A DNA stretch of 64,000 nucleotides from an uncultured Bacteriovoracaceae bacterium. GTDB taxonomy: Bacteria > Bdellovibrionota > UBA1018. Below the pieces are notes generated by a model. The model was not told the origin of the DNA. It worked only from the letters and a program-made list of their open reading frames with translations, and ran no database searches. Each line of letters opens with the position of its first letter. Positions within the stretch are counted from its first letter, which is position 1. Positions 9,708 through 17,529 of this stretch are shown here, piece after piece. The DNA lies in contig CAZLYB010000004.1 of assembly GCA_964563795.1 (NCBI GenBank), positions 57,026 through 121,025 of the forward strand, in the 5' to 3' direction. The translations under genes were made by a program, and so were the position numbers.

Positions 9708-10501
9708 GACTTCCCTCGCTTGGTTTTTTTCGCGGGTTTCCGCTTTTTCTTGAGGACTTCCTCGACAATGGCGCTCGCCACTTCAGAGGGCTTGGTCCCC
9801 ACGCCGAATCCCGCGTCATAGCCGCACTCAAGCGCGAGCGCATGCGTCACCCGCGGCCCTCCCGCGATGCAGATCAACTGATCCCGCATCCCGAGCTTCT
9901 CGGCGCGCTGGATGAGGTCTTTTAAATCACGAACGTGTATCCCATGCTGGGTGACGACCTTCGAGATCAAAATCGCGTCCGCCTTCAATTCTTTCGCGCG
10001 CTTCAAGAGCTCCTCGTTCAGGACCTGCGCCCCTAAGTTGCGCGCGTCGAACCCTTCATAGCGCTCCAATCCGTAATCTCCGGCGAAACCCTTCATATTG
10101 ATGATGGCGTCGATCCCCACGGTGTGGGCGTCGTAGCCGGTGCAAGCGCCCAGGACGACGAGCTTGCGGCCAATCTTCTCCCGGATCAAGGCGTCAATCT
10201 CTTCGCGCGAGCGCTTGGGCGCTTCGACTTCGATGGTCTTGATCCGCGTGAAATCCACGCTGTGCTTGAAGTTGGCGTAGATGACGAAAAAAGCGAACCC
10301 CTCGGCCGCCTTCTCCATGGTCGCCACTTTGATTTGGTCGTAGCCCATCTTGGAAACCAGCTGCATTGCCGCTTCCCGCGCGCGAGCGCTGGGCTCGACC
10401 GGCAATGTAAACGCCAGCTGGACAGTCCCGTCGTTCATGATGTCGCCGTAGGGCTTGAGCTTCTTGAGGTCGGCCTTTTGGGTTTTTGATGGCGCGCTCA
10501 T
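9704..10501 (-). CDS. kamE: Lysine 5,6-aminomutase beta subunit (B12-binding)
   Basis: The start was refined to MSAPSKTQKADLKKLKPYGDIMNDGTVQLAFTLP, which is the KamE N-terminal signature. The B12-binding Rossmann region is VVLGACTGYDAHTVGIDAI. The longer ORF in the track has a non-homologous, Arg/Gly-rich N-terminal extension. Its ATG overlaps the kamD stop (ATGA). Confidence 0.85.
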   Translation of the reverse strand: MSAPSKTQKADLKKLKPYGDIMNDGTVQLAFTLPVEPSARAREAAMQLVSKMGYDQIKVATMEKAAEGFAFFVIYANFKHSVDFTRIKTIEVEAPKRSREEIDALIREKIGRKLVVLGACTGYDAHTVGIDAIINMKGFAGDYGLERYEGFDARNLGAQVLNEELLKRAKELKADAILISKVVTQHGIHVRDLKDLIQRAEKLGMRDQLICIAGGPRVTHALALECGYDAGFGVGTKPSEVASAIVEEVLKKKRKPAKKTKRGKS

Positions 10502-12066
10502 AAGAGATCGAAAAACGGGTTGAGATAATCCTGGGCTTTGGGAATCACGCCTTCCAACCCTTTCCCCCCCGTCTCGGCGCGGCTCACTTCCGCGAAGGCT
10601 TTCTCCTCGATCGCCTTGAAGATCCCCTTGGATCGAACCATCTTCAGATGCTCGTGTGTATCCTTGAGCACTTTCTCGGCCCAACCGGAGATGATTCCCC
10701 CGCGCTTGAATTCCACGTCCGACCCCAAGTCCTTCGCGCCCTCGAAGATGAGCTTCGCGTTCTGAATGCTCATCCAACGGTCCTGCAACAGCGGGGTGTG
10801 CATCGCTTCAGTAGGCATCCCCAGCAATTGTATGGTCTGACCGGTGAAAACGCCAACCAGGTTGAACATCGCGTCCATGAGATGGCTATAGAAGATATCG
10901 CCCCTTTTATGGCGGGTGGGCGGCATGAACTTGATGGGGGACTGCGGAAAAATATCGCGCGTCATCTGAGCGCGCGCGATCTCGAGCAGGAACACGTTCG
11001 GGTGCGTGGGATCCATCTCCTGGGCATGCCCCAAACCCATGAGCTCCTCGGTCATCCGCGCGTTCAGAGCCAGTCGCTCGTTGATGAATTGCGAGGCCAG
11101 GACTTGATGGCCGTTCTCCACGGCGTCAGCGGTCGTGAGGTAATTGTCCTCCCCCGTGTGGATGACGATCCGGGAGAGCGCGATGATCCTCCTTGAAAAA
11201 TGCTGATCAACCCAGGTGCGGCGCATATTGATGTCGCGGAACAAAATCCCGTACATCGAATCGTTCAGGAGGAAGTCCAGCCGTTCCATCGCCCCCAAAG
11301 CCGCGATCTCCGGCATGCAGAGCCCAGAGCAATAATTCGTCAGGCGAATGTAGCGACCGAGGCGCCTGGATTCCTCGTCCAAGGCCTCGCGCATAATTTT
11401 GAAGTTTTCCTGGGTGGCGTAAGTTCCCCCAAAGCCTTCCGTCGTCGCGCCGTGCGGGACGAAATCCAGAAGGGATTGCGCAGTGCTTCGAATCACCGCG
11501 ATCGCATCCGCGCCCGCTTGAGCGGCCGCTTTCGCCTGCGTCACATCCTCGAAAATATTGCCGGTGGCGACGATCACGTAAAGGACTGGTCCACCCTTGC
11601 CGGTCGGATCGAAACGATCGCCCAGTTCTTTTCTGAGGGAATCCCTTTTTTCGCGCGCGTGCACCAGGCTTTTAACCGCTCTCTCGCAGAGCTCGTGGGC
11701 TTTCGCCTGAATCACGCCTTTTTCTTGAAGAGGCGCTGCCATCAAGTTAATCTTCCCCAAGGCCGCCGCGTCGGCCAGCTCCTGCGCCGTCATGCGATGA
11801 TGGATCATCGCGCTCACGAAAGGCCTGAGCACCCCGTGATTCAGCTCCCCTGCCTGCCTCAGCTTTTCAACGATCAAGTTCGCTTGGGGGAAGTGCTGCC
11901 CCCCCTTTTCGCGAACCGCGCCGCTCACTCCCAAAAGCCGCAAGGTCGCGCGCTCGATCGCGACGGTCGTGTTGGATTCGATGAGGGCCGAAATGGGGCG
12001 CGTCACTTCCTTCGCCAACGCCCTGCATTCTTGAACTAGAACCGCGTCCAATGCCAAATGCGCCAA
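10498..12066 (-). CDS. kamD: Lysine 5,6-aminomutase alpha subunit
   Basis: The 522-aa length and TIM-barrel subunit fit. The N-terminus (TTVAIERATLRLLGVSGAV) and overall similarity match KamD/OraE-type PLP/B12 aminomutase large subunits. It is adjacent to kamE. Confidence 0.85.
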   Translation of the reverse strand: MAHLALDAVLVQECRALAKEVTRPISALIESNTTVAIERATLRLLGVSGAVREKGGQHFPQANLIVEKLRQAGELNHGVLRPFVSAMIHHRMTAQELADAAALGKINLMAAPLQEKGVIQAKAHELCERAVKSLVHAREKRDSLRKELGDRFDPTGKGGPVLYVIVATGNIFEDVTQAKAAAQAGADAIAVIRSTAQSLLDFVPHGATTEGFGGTYATQENFKIMREALDEESRRLGRYIRLTNYCSGLCMPEIAALGAMERLDFLLNDSMYGILFRDINMRRTWVDQHFSRRIIALSRIVIHTGEDNYLTTADAVENGHQVLASQFINERLALNARMTEELMGLGHAQEMDPTHPNVFLLEIARAQMTRDIFPQSPIKFMPPTRHKRGDIFYSHLMDAMFNLVGVFTGQTIQLLGMPTEAMHTPLLQDRWMSIQNAKLIFEGAKDLGSDVEFKRGGIISGWAEKVLKDTHEHLKMVRSKGIFKAIEEKAFAEVSRAETGGKGLEGVIPKAQDYLNPFFDLL

Positions 12067-12081
12067 GTCGTCCCTCGCTGT

Positions 12082-13128
12082 TCAGGAGTAGTGCTTGAGA
12101 AAAAGCTGCCGAAGCTCGTCGCTCTCGCGGAGCAGGTTCAGCGCGAGCTCCGCGTGCCCGTCAGCGTAGCCGTTTCCGATCCTGAGATCAATGTCGCAGC
12201 CCACCCCCTCCGCGCCCAGGGCAGCTCGAGTGAATTGGGTCGCCATGCTGAAAAAATAGACGATTCCCCGGCTGCGGCACGCCAGGATCGAAGCCATCTC
12301 AGTCCCGGGGAGATTGGTCACATTGATGACCAGATTCCCCATGTAGCCGCGGGTGGTGTTCCAAACGCGATCCATCACCTCCATGGCGTTTCTCGCGTCA
12401 GCTTGGATCACTTCATCCACGAAGGAGAGGTTGGAAAGCCGATCCAGCGCCTCGCGCGAAAAATCGATGGCGATGGTGCGAACCCCGGATTTTTTCTTCG
12501 CTTCGTAAAGGCAGAGGACCCCCGATTTCCCGCCTCCGCCGATGACGATCACGGTCTGACCTTCCTGGGTCAGGCGCTGCGTTTGCGCGGGAGCTCCCGC
12601 CACGTCCAGGACCGCCAGCGATACGCGTTCGGGAAGATCATCCGGAAGGCGGGCGAAGACTCCCGAGGCGAAAAGGACGGCATGGCCTTCGATGTCCACG
12701 CGCTCCGTTGAAAGATGGATTTTTTTGATCTTCTTGATTTTCAGCGGCGTCAGCGAAAGCGAGACCATCGTCGCGATTCGATCGCCGATCCGAACCGGTT
12801 TTTGATCGAAGGGAAATGACGGTCCCAACTCGGCGACGGTCCCGATCAGCATGCCCCCGGAACCCGTGACCGGGTTATGCATCTTGCCCTGCTCATTCAC
12901 GAGCTGCTCGATATGAGCCGCGATCCGAACCGGATCATCCTGGCAGTGCTCCCGGATCTGCCGAAAACTCGCCGAATCGATGTTGAGGCTTTCAACGTCG
13001 ATGAGCATTTCATCCTGAGCCAGGGTGAGCGAGGAGTCCAATGCGGCCGCTTGCTGGGGAAGCACGCCTTTCGGCTTCAAGACTCTCTGCAACCCAAAAG
13101 GATCCGCCGCGCGATAAGTGCTAACCAT
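12082..13128 (-). CDS. kdd: Putative L-erythro-3,5-diaminohexanoate dehydrogenase (Kdd-like NAD(P) dehydrogenase)
   Basis: The Rossmann motif is VIVIGGGGKSGVLCLYEA. About 348 aa after refining the start to MVSTYRA. Its position directly upstream of kamDE matches lysine-fermentation operons. Family assignment rests on context and length. Confidence 0.55.
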   Translation of the reverse strand: MVSTYRAADPFGLQRVLKPKGVLPQQAAALDSSLTLAQDEMLIDVESLNIDSASFRQIREHCQDDPVRIAAHIEQLVNEQGKMHNPVTGSGGMLIGTVAELGPSFPFDQKPVRIGDRIATMVSLSLTPLKIKKIKKIHLSTERVDIEGHAVLFASGVFARLPDDLPERVSLAVLDVAGAPAQTQRLTQEGQTVIVIGGGGKSGVLCLYEAKKKSGVRTIAIDFSREALDRLSNLSFVDEVIQADARNAMEVMDRVWNTTRGYMGNLVINVTNLPGTEMASILACRSRGIVYFFSMATQFTRAALGAEGVGCDIDLRIGNGYADGHAELALNLLRESDELRQLFLKHYS

Positions 13129-14218
13129 TCCGTTTTTTCCGAGCTTTTTCGACCCTCTCTTCAGCCATGTGGTCCGCGACCTCAGAAGAGGGTTTTTGAG
13201 CGCGCTCGGAACGCTCCAGGATTTCCGTAATCGTCTTTTCGATTTTAGAAACATGCTCGTAAGCTTGCGTTTTTTGATACGATTTCGCCCCGCTCGCGGG
13301 ATGCTCGTAATAAATATTGATCAGGCCCCCGGCGTTGAGCACGTAATCCGGGGCGTAGCAGATGCCACGCTTCAGGAGTTCATAACCATCTTCTGGCGTC
13401 GCGAGCTGATTGTTCGCCCCTCCGGCGATCACCTTGGCGCGAATGCGGGGCAGAGTCTTGGAATTGATGCTCGCTCCCAGCGCGCAGGGCGAAAAAACGT
13501 CGCAAGAAACGTCATAAATCGCCTCGGGCTTCACCACTTCGATCGAAGGGTATTTTTCCTTGGCCCGCTTCACCATTTCAGCGTCAATGTCACAAGCGGT
13601 GATCACCGCTCCCTCGCGGGCCAAATGCTCCAATAAATAATAGGCGACGCTCCCCAAACCTTGAACGGCGACCCGAACCCCTGAGAGGGTGCGCTTCCCG
13701 TTCACCTTTTGCGCGCAAGCGAGCAGACCGTGATACACGCCGTAAGCGGTCGCGGGCGAGGGATCTCCGCTCGACTCGCTCAGGCCCTCAATCCCGAGGA
13801 CGTGAGTCGTCGCTTTCTTCACTTCCTTCAAATCCTCGGAGCCGATCCCCACGTCTTTCGCCGTGATATAGGTGCCTCCCAACGTTTCAACGAACCGGCC
13901 AAAGCGCTGGAGCATGGCGGGATTCTTTTTCGTCTTGGGATCGCCGATCAGAACGGACTTTCCCCCGCCCCAATTCAGTCCCGCGAGCGCGGCTTTGTAA
14001 GTCATTCCCTTAGAGAGGCGCAGCACATCCGTCAAAGCATCGCCCTCTGACGCGTAGTCATACATGCGGCAACCGCCCGTCGCGGCTCCCAATGCGGTCG
14101 AATGTACCGCGATGATCGCTTTCAGCCCGGTCGAACGATCCTGGCAATAAACGACTTGCTCAAAATCTTCGTTTTTGAGGCGCTCGAAAAGAGGCGCCAT
14201 AGAAGGTGCTGGATTCAT
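13121..14218 (-). CDS. Glu/Leu/Phe/Val dehydrogenase family protein (leucine/phenylalanine dehydrogenase-like)
   Basis: The catalytic motif LNWGGGKSVLIGDP is present, with a C-terminal NAD Rossmann (VAVQGLGSVAYYL). The length is 365 aa. It overlaps the kdd start by 8 nt. Confidence 0.8.
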   Translation of the reverse strand: MNPAPSMAPLFERLKNEDFEQVVYCQDRSTGLKAIIAVHSTALGAATGGCRMYDYASEGDALTDVLRLSKGMTYKAALAGLNWGGGKSVLIGDPKTKKNPAMLQRFGRFVETLGGTYITAKDVGIGSEDLKEVKKATTHVLGIEGLSESSGDPSPATAYGVYHGLLACAQKVNGKRTLSGVRVAVQGLGSVAYYLLEHLAREGAVITACDIDAEMVKRAKEKYPSIEVVKPEAIYDVSCDVFSPCALGASINSKTLPRIRAKVIAGGANNQLATPEDGYELLKRGICYAPDYVLNAGGLINIYYEHPASGAKSYQKTQAYEHVSKIEKTITEILERSERAQKPSSEVADHMAEERVEKARKKRNG

Positions 14219-14300
14219 GAGACTTTACCTTGGGTTACCATGTTTAAAATCCATAGCAGCGCCATGGCCTAGAATCAAGGCTTACCGGCATTTCCACCGG

Positions 14301-14330
14301 TTCGACACGAGGCGAAAACCGGCTTATAAT
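14301..14330 (+). promoter_or_regulatory. Sigma70-type promoter for the lipoprotein gene at 14358 (TTCGAC-18 nt-TATAAT)
   Basis: The sequence ttcgacacgaggcgaaaaccggctTATAAT sits about 28 nt upstream of the ATG, in the divergent intergenic region 14219..14357. Confidence 0.4.
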
Positions 14331-14357
14331 GATAGGCGGGGGTTCGTCGTTTTATCC

Positions 14358-15602
14358 ATGATTGATCAGCGTCGCCGTTTTTCATCCCGGGTCATCTCGT
14401 TGACCTTGGGAGCCGCTCTTTTAGTCGCCTCGAGCTGCGGAAACAACGCTCTCAGGCTCATCCACGCCTTCACGCCCTGCATCTCGGGAGTACCGGTCAC
14501 TCTACGCATTCAAAACACCTCCTTCACGCAGAGTTCGAGCGTAAATGACCCGGTCTTAAGTTCGCTGACGCTCTCTGACGCCCTTCAAACCCGCTTTTAC
14601 ATCGGGGCCTTTGACGCGTGCGACCGACTCGTGACCACGAGCGCGTTGACGGATCTCACTCAATGGCAACTGAGTTCACCCGATTATGGCTATCTCAGCT
14701 CCTCAAGCGGAAGCGATACTCAGCTCAACCTCACTCTTTTCGCCACGCTCACCGGCGCGCCCGTCAGATTGAGCGCTGCATTGGGATCGCTCGCCGCTCA
14801 AACCGATCTCACCGTCTCTTGGACCCCAGCCTCCACTTCGGGCCTGCTCCGCTGGTACAAAGCGGATTCGCTGATGCCGCTCTCGGATGACGTGATCGTA
14901 GGCGAAAGCGGCTCGACCCCGGTGAAGGATTTGAGCCGAAATGCAGCTGCATACGATGCAACCGCGAGCACGAACCGGGAGCCGCTGTTTTACGCTTCGA
15001 CCTCGTTCTCGAGCCGGCCGCTCCTTCGTTTTTGCGGGGGGCTGACCACGTGCTCACCCACTTCCTTGAATGAGCACCTTCGCATCGGCTCGACCTATGC
15101 GGATTTCGCAGCGACGGATTTCACCCTTTTCATCGTCGCTGCGCGCGCGAACGCGAGCAGCAATTACTACGTCAGCAATCAAATCGCGGCGAACAACACT
15201 GGAATCTTCCTGGGCTATACTTCGAACACGAATCTGAGATTCTCGCTTGCTGGGCCGGGCGGAACCCCTTCCCTGAACTTGGCTCGACCCGCTTACTCAG
15301 GCAGCCCGGCTCTGGAAATCCTGACTGCGCGCCTGGATACGAACGCCCTCTCACCGCAGCCGGGGATGCAGATATACCTGGATGGCGGGCTTGCGATCGA
15401 TGACTCCTCGGTGAGCGTGACTCAAGCCTCCGCGGTCACCCTTCCCTATTTGGGGACTTCAAGGAACGAGAATAACTCCTCCTCCTTTTACGTCGGGGAA
15501 TTTCTCTTCTACACCCGTGCGCTAGACTCCGCGGAACTCTGCGCGATCCATAGCTATCTCAACGTGAAGTTCAATCTCGAGCTCACCCTCACGGGCTGCT
15601 AA
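14358..15602 (+). CDS. Lipoprotein, Ser/Thr-rich, possible ConA-like/LamG-type jelly-roll domain
   Basis: The start was refined to MIDQRRRFSSRVISLTLGAALLVASSCG, a lipobox (VASSC). The C-terminal ...SSFYVGEFLFYTRALDSAELCAIHSYL resembles the terminal strands of LamG-like domains. The track ORF starts at a TTG at 14175. Confidence 0.5.
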   Translation: MIDQRRRFSSRVISLTLGAALLVASSCGNNALRLIHAFTPCISGVPVTLRIQNTSFTQSSSVNDPVLSSLTLSDALQTRFYIGAFDACDRLVTTSALTDLTQWQLSSPDYGYLSSSSGSDTQLNLTLFATLTGAPVRLSAALGSLAAQTDLTVSWTPASTSGLLRWYKADSLMPLSDDVIVGESGSTPVKDLSRNAAAYDATASTNREPLFYASTSFSSRPLLRFCGGLTTCSPTSLNEHLRIGSTYADFAATDFTLFIVAARANASSNYYVSNQIAANNTGIFLGYTSNTNLRFSLAGPGGTPSLNLARPAYSGSPALEILTARLDTNALSPQPGMQIYLDGGLAIDDSSVSVTQASAVTLPYLGTSRNENNSSSFYVGEFLFYTRALDSAELCAIHSYLNVKFNLELTLTGC

Positions 15603-15821
15603 GCCCCAAAAACGTCTAATCTTTGGCCACCCGTCATCGACCACCGGCCCGAGCCTCCCCCTGAGGATCAGCTCTAATATTATTAAATATTCGTTATTTT
15701 TATCTATTTTTAGATGAACGGGATGGCCCGGCCCTTGCTTTAATCCAACCCCAGAATGACACCACCCCTGCGCGGGTGCCTGTTGATGTGGAACGAGCTG
15801 AGTGAAGCGAGGAATAAAGTC

Positions 15822-17528
15822 ATGGCGAACGTTAAACGCGGTTTTTACTTTTTCATGGGCATGGCATTGGTCATGAGCCTGATTCCCTGGATGGCCTTGG
15901 CGGATGGCGGGATTCCGCTGAAACCCGAGGAACTCAAATACGCGATCTCCGACTTGCAGTTCGTCACGGATGCCGCCCAAAAAAACCAGGTGCGGCTCGA
16001 CGGCCTCATCTTCAGCGAATGCGGCGCTGCCGCGAAGAGCCTCGACGTCCGATGGACTCGCATCGATAAATCCACCCTCTCACCCATCGTCTTGGACCCC
16101 CAGAAAACATTCTGGGCCTGCCAAAAAAAATTCAGAGAGAAAAAAGAATCCTGTGAAAATCAAAATTGCGTCGCGCTCTCGAGCCTGGGCGCCAGCCAAT
16201 TCGAGCACTCGATGCTCGGCACCGAGGAACGGTCGCTGCAAGTCACCCTCGCCTCGAGCAACCCGAATCTCTTGAATTCGGGCTATCAAAAAAGTTCCGC
16301 AATCCGGCCCGTGACGATCGAATGGAAACCGGAAAAAGACGGCAAAGAAAAAGATCCGCGCGACGAAAGAGTGGCGAAAATCAAGGAAAAGGCGGCGAAG
16401 GCTCCCTTTACCGCCGCGGGCTTCAGAGCAGTGCAGGACGCGGGCGAAGAACTGGTCAAGATGAAAGTCATCAATTCTCAAGCCGCCCGCTACGCTTCCC
16501 ATCGCTTTCTCATCTTGGCTTTGAAATCCATTGAGGAAGGCAAATGCCAGAAGAACGATTTCCCCAGAGTGTTGGATCTATTGAAAGCGGCCAAGGATTT
16601 CTATCGGCCTTCTTCGATCAGCAGAAAGCGCACGTCCTCGGAAGATGAGGAGCGCCTGGGCCCCACCGAATCCGAGCTCACGGCGCTCGGCGAAAGCTAC
16701 ATCGAGGCGTGCACCATCGGAGAAAACGCGACGAGCAGAGGCTTGGAGCAAGCCTCCAAGCATTATCAAAGCCTGCTCGCGGTCTGTTCCACCCGCTGCG
16801 AGGACCGCGAAGAGCTAAAAGCTCTGGTGGGCACTTCGCGGTTTCAATCCCGACTCGTAAAATTGGATGAAATCATCGCGTCCGGGCAGCCCGCGAGCGG
16901 GTTGGTTTACATGAACACGAGCCGCAACCTTTACCGGGAGCTCTCCAATTCTTTCAGGCCATGCAGCAACCCCACCGCAGCTTCGTGGGGAAACGGCACT
17001 TGCAATCGGCTCGCGGAAAGCATGAATCAACTTTCCTTGGTTGAAGAGAAGCACCGTGAATATTCGCGCAAACTCGCCCAAGAAAAGCAAATCGCCGCTC
17101 AGCAAGCGCGATTGGACCGGCAGCAAGGGTCTCTCTCGAGCCGTCGCCAGGCAGGACTCCTTTTGCCGGGCGCAAGCTCAGGGCTGAACTCTTACCGATC
17201 CGCATCGGGAATGCGGGACCAGCGGCTCGCCCAGATGCAGCTGAGCGGACGCGCCGACTCGCTCGCGCCCCTTTCGACGCGCAACATGCGACTTGATCCC
17301 GCCGCGTCGGATCCTTACCGAATCCTGGTGCCGGGGATCGACAGCGAATACAGCCTTTCGCTCAATCGATTCAGCGGCCACAACCACTTGCCGGGAATCA
17401 CGGAGCGCTTTCAAGCGATGGACCGCAGCGCTTGGACCGCGAACGCTGTCTCCTCAGAGAAAGAGGACGAGGATTTGAGCACTCTGTTCGATGCTCCGAA
17501 CGGCGCGGGAAAGATCTTCTCGAACTGA
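15822..17528 (+). CDS. Secreted hypothetical protein (about 568 aa), Ser/Gln-rich C-terminal half
   Basis: The start was refined to MANVKRGFYFFMGMALVMSLIPWMALADG (signal peptide), preceded by a GAGGA ribosome-binding site. It contains several Cys pairs. No known domain was found. Confidence 0.5.
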   Translation: MANVKRGFYFFMGMALVMSLIPWMALADGGIPLKPEELKYAISDLQFVTDAAQKNQVRLDGLIFSECGAAAKSLDVRWTRIDKSTLSPIVLDPQKTFWACQKKFREKKESCENQNCVALSSLGASQFEHSMLGTEERSLQVTLASSNPNLLNSGYQKSSAIRPVTIEWKPEKDGKEKDPRDERVAKIKEKAAKAPFTAAGFRAVQDAGEELVKMKVINSQAARYASHRFLILALKSIEEGKCQKNDFPRVLDLLKAAKDFYRPSSISRKRTSSEDEERLGPTESELTALGESYIEACTIGENATSRGLEQASKHYQSLLAVCSTRCEDREELKALVGTSRFQSRLVKLDEIIASGQPASGLVYMNTSRNLYRELSNSFRPCSNPTAASWGNGTCNRLAESMNQLSLVEEKHREYSRKLAQEKQIAAQQARLDRQQGSLSSRRQAGLLLPGASSGLNSYRSASGMRDQRLAQMQLSGRADSLAPLSTRNMRLDPAASDPYRILVPGIDSEYSLSLNRFSGHNHLPGITERFQAMDRSAWTANAVSSEKEDEDLSTLFDAPNGAGKIFSN

Positions 17529-17529
17529 G

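Noticed and set aside
10124-12711. Long plus-strand ORFs (10124..10489, 10648..11196, 11200..12039, 12058..12711) antisense to kamE, kamD and kdd. Similar antisense ORFs occur at 25817..27085 and 27602..28243 inside the 1478-aa gene, 35404..36600 opposite astD, and 37257..38795 and 37444..38421 opposite the M20 gene.
   Set aside because: These are shadow ORFs typical of high-GC DNA. Their products are Arg/Pro/Gly-rich low-complexity sequences. The opposite-strand genes have clear homology and operon logic.
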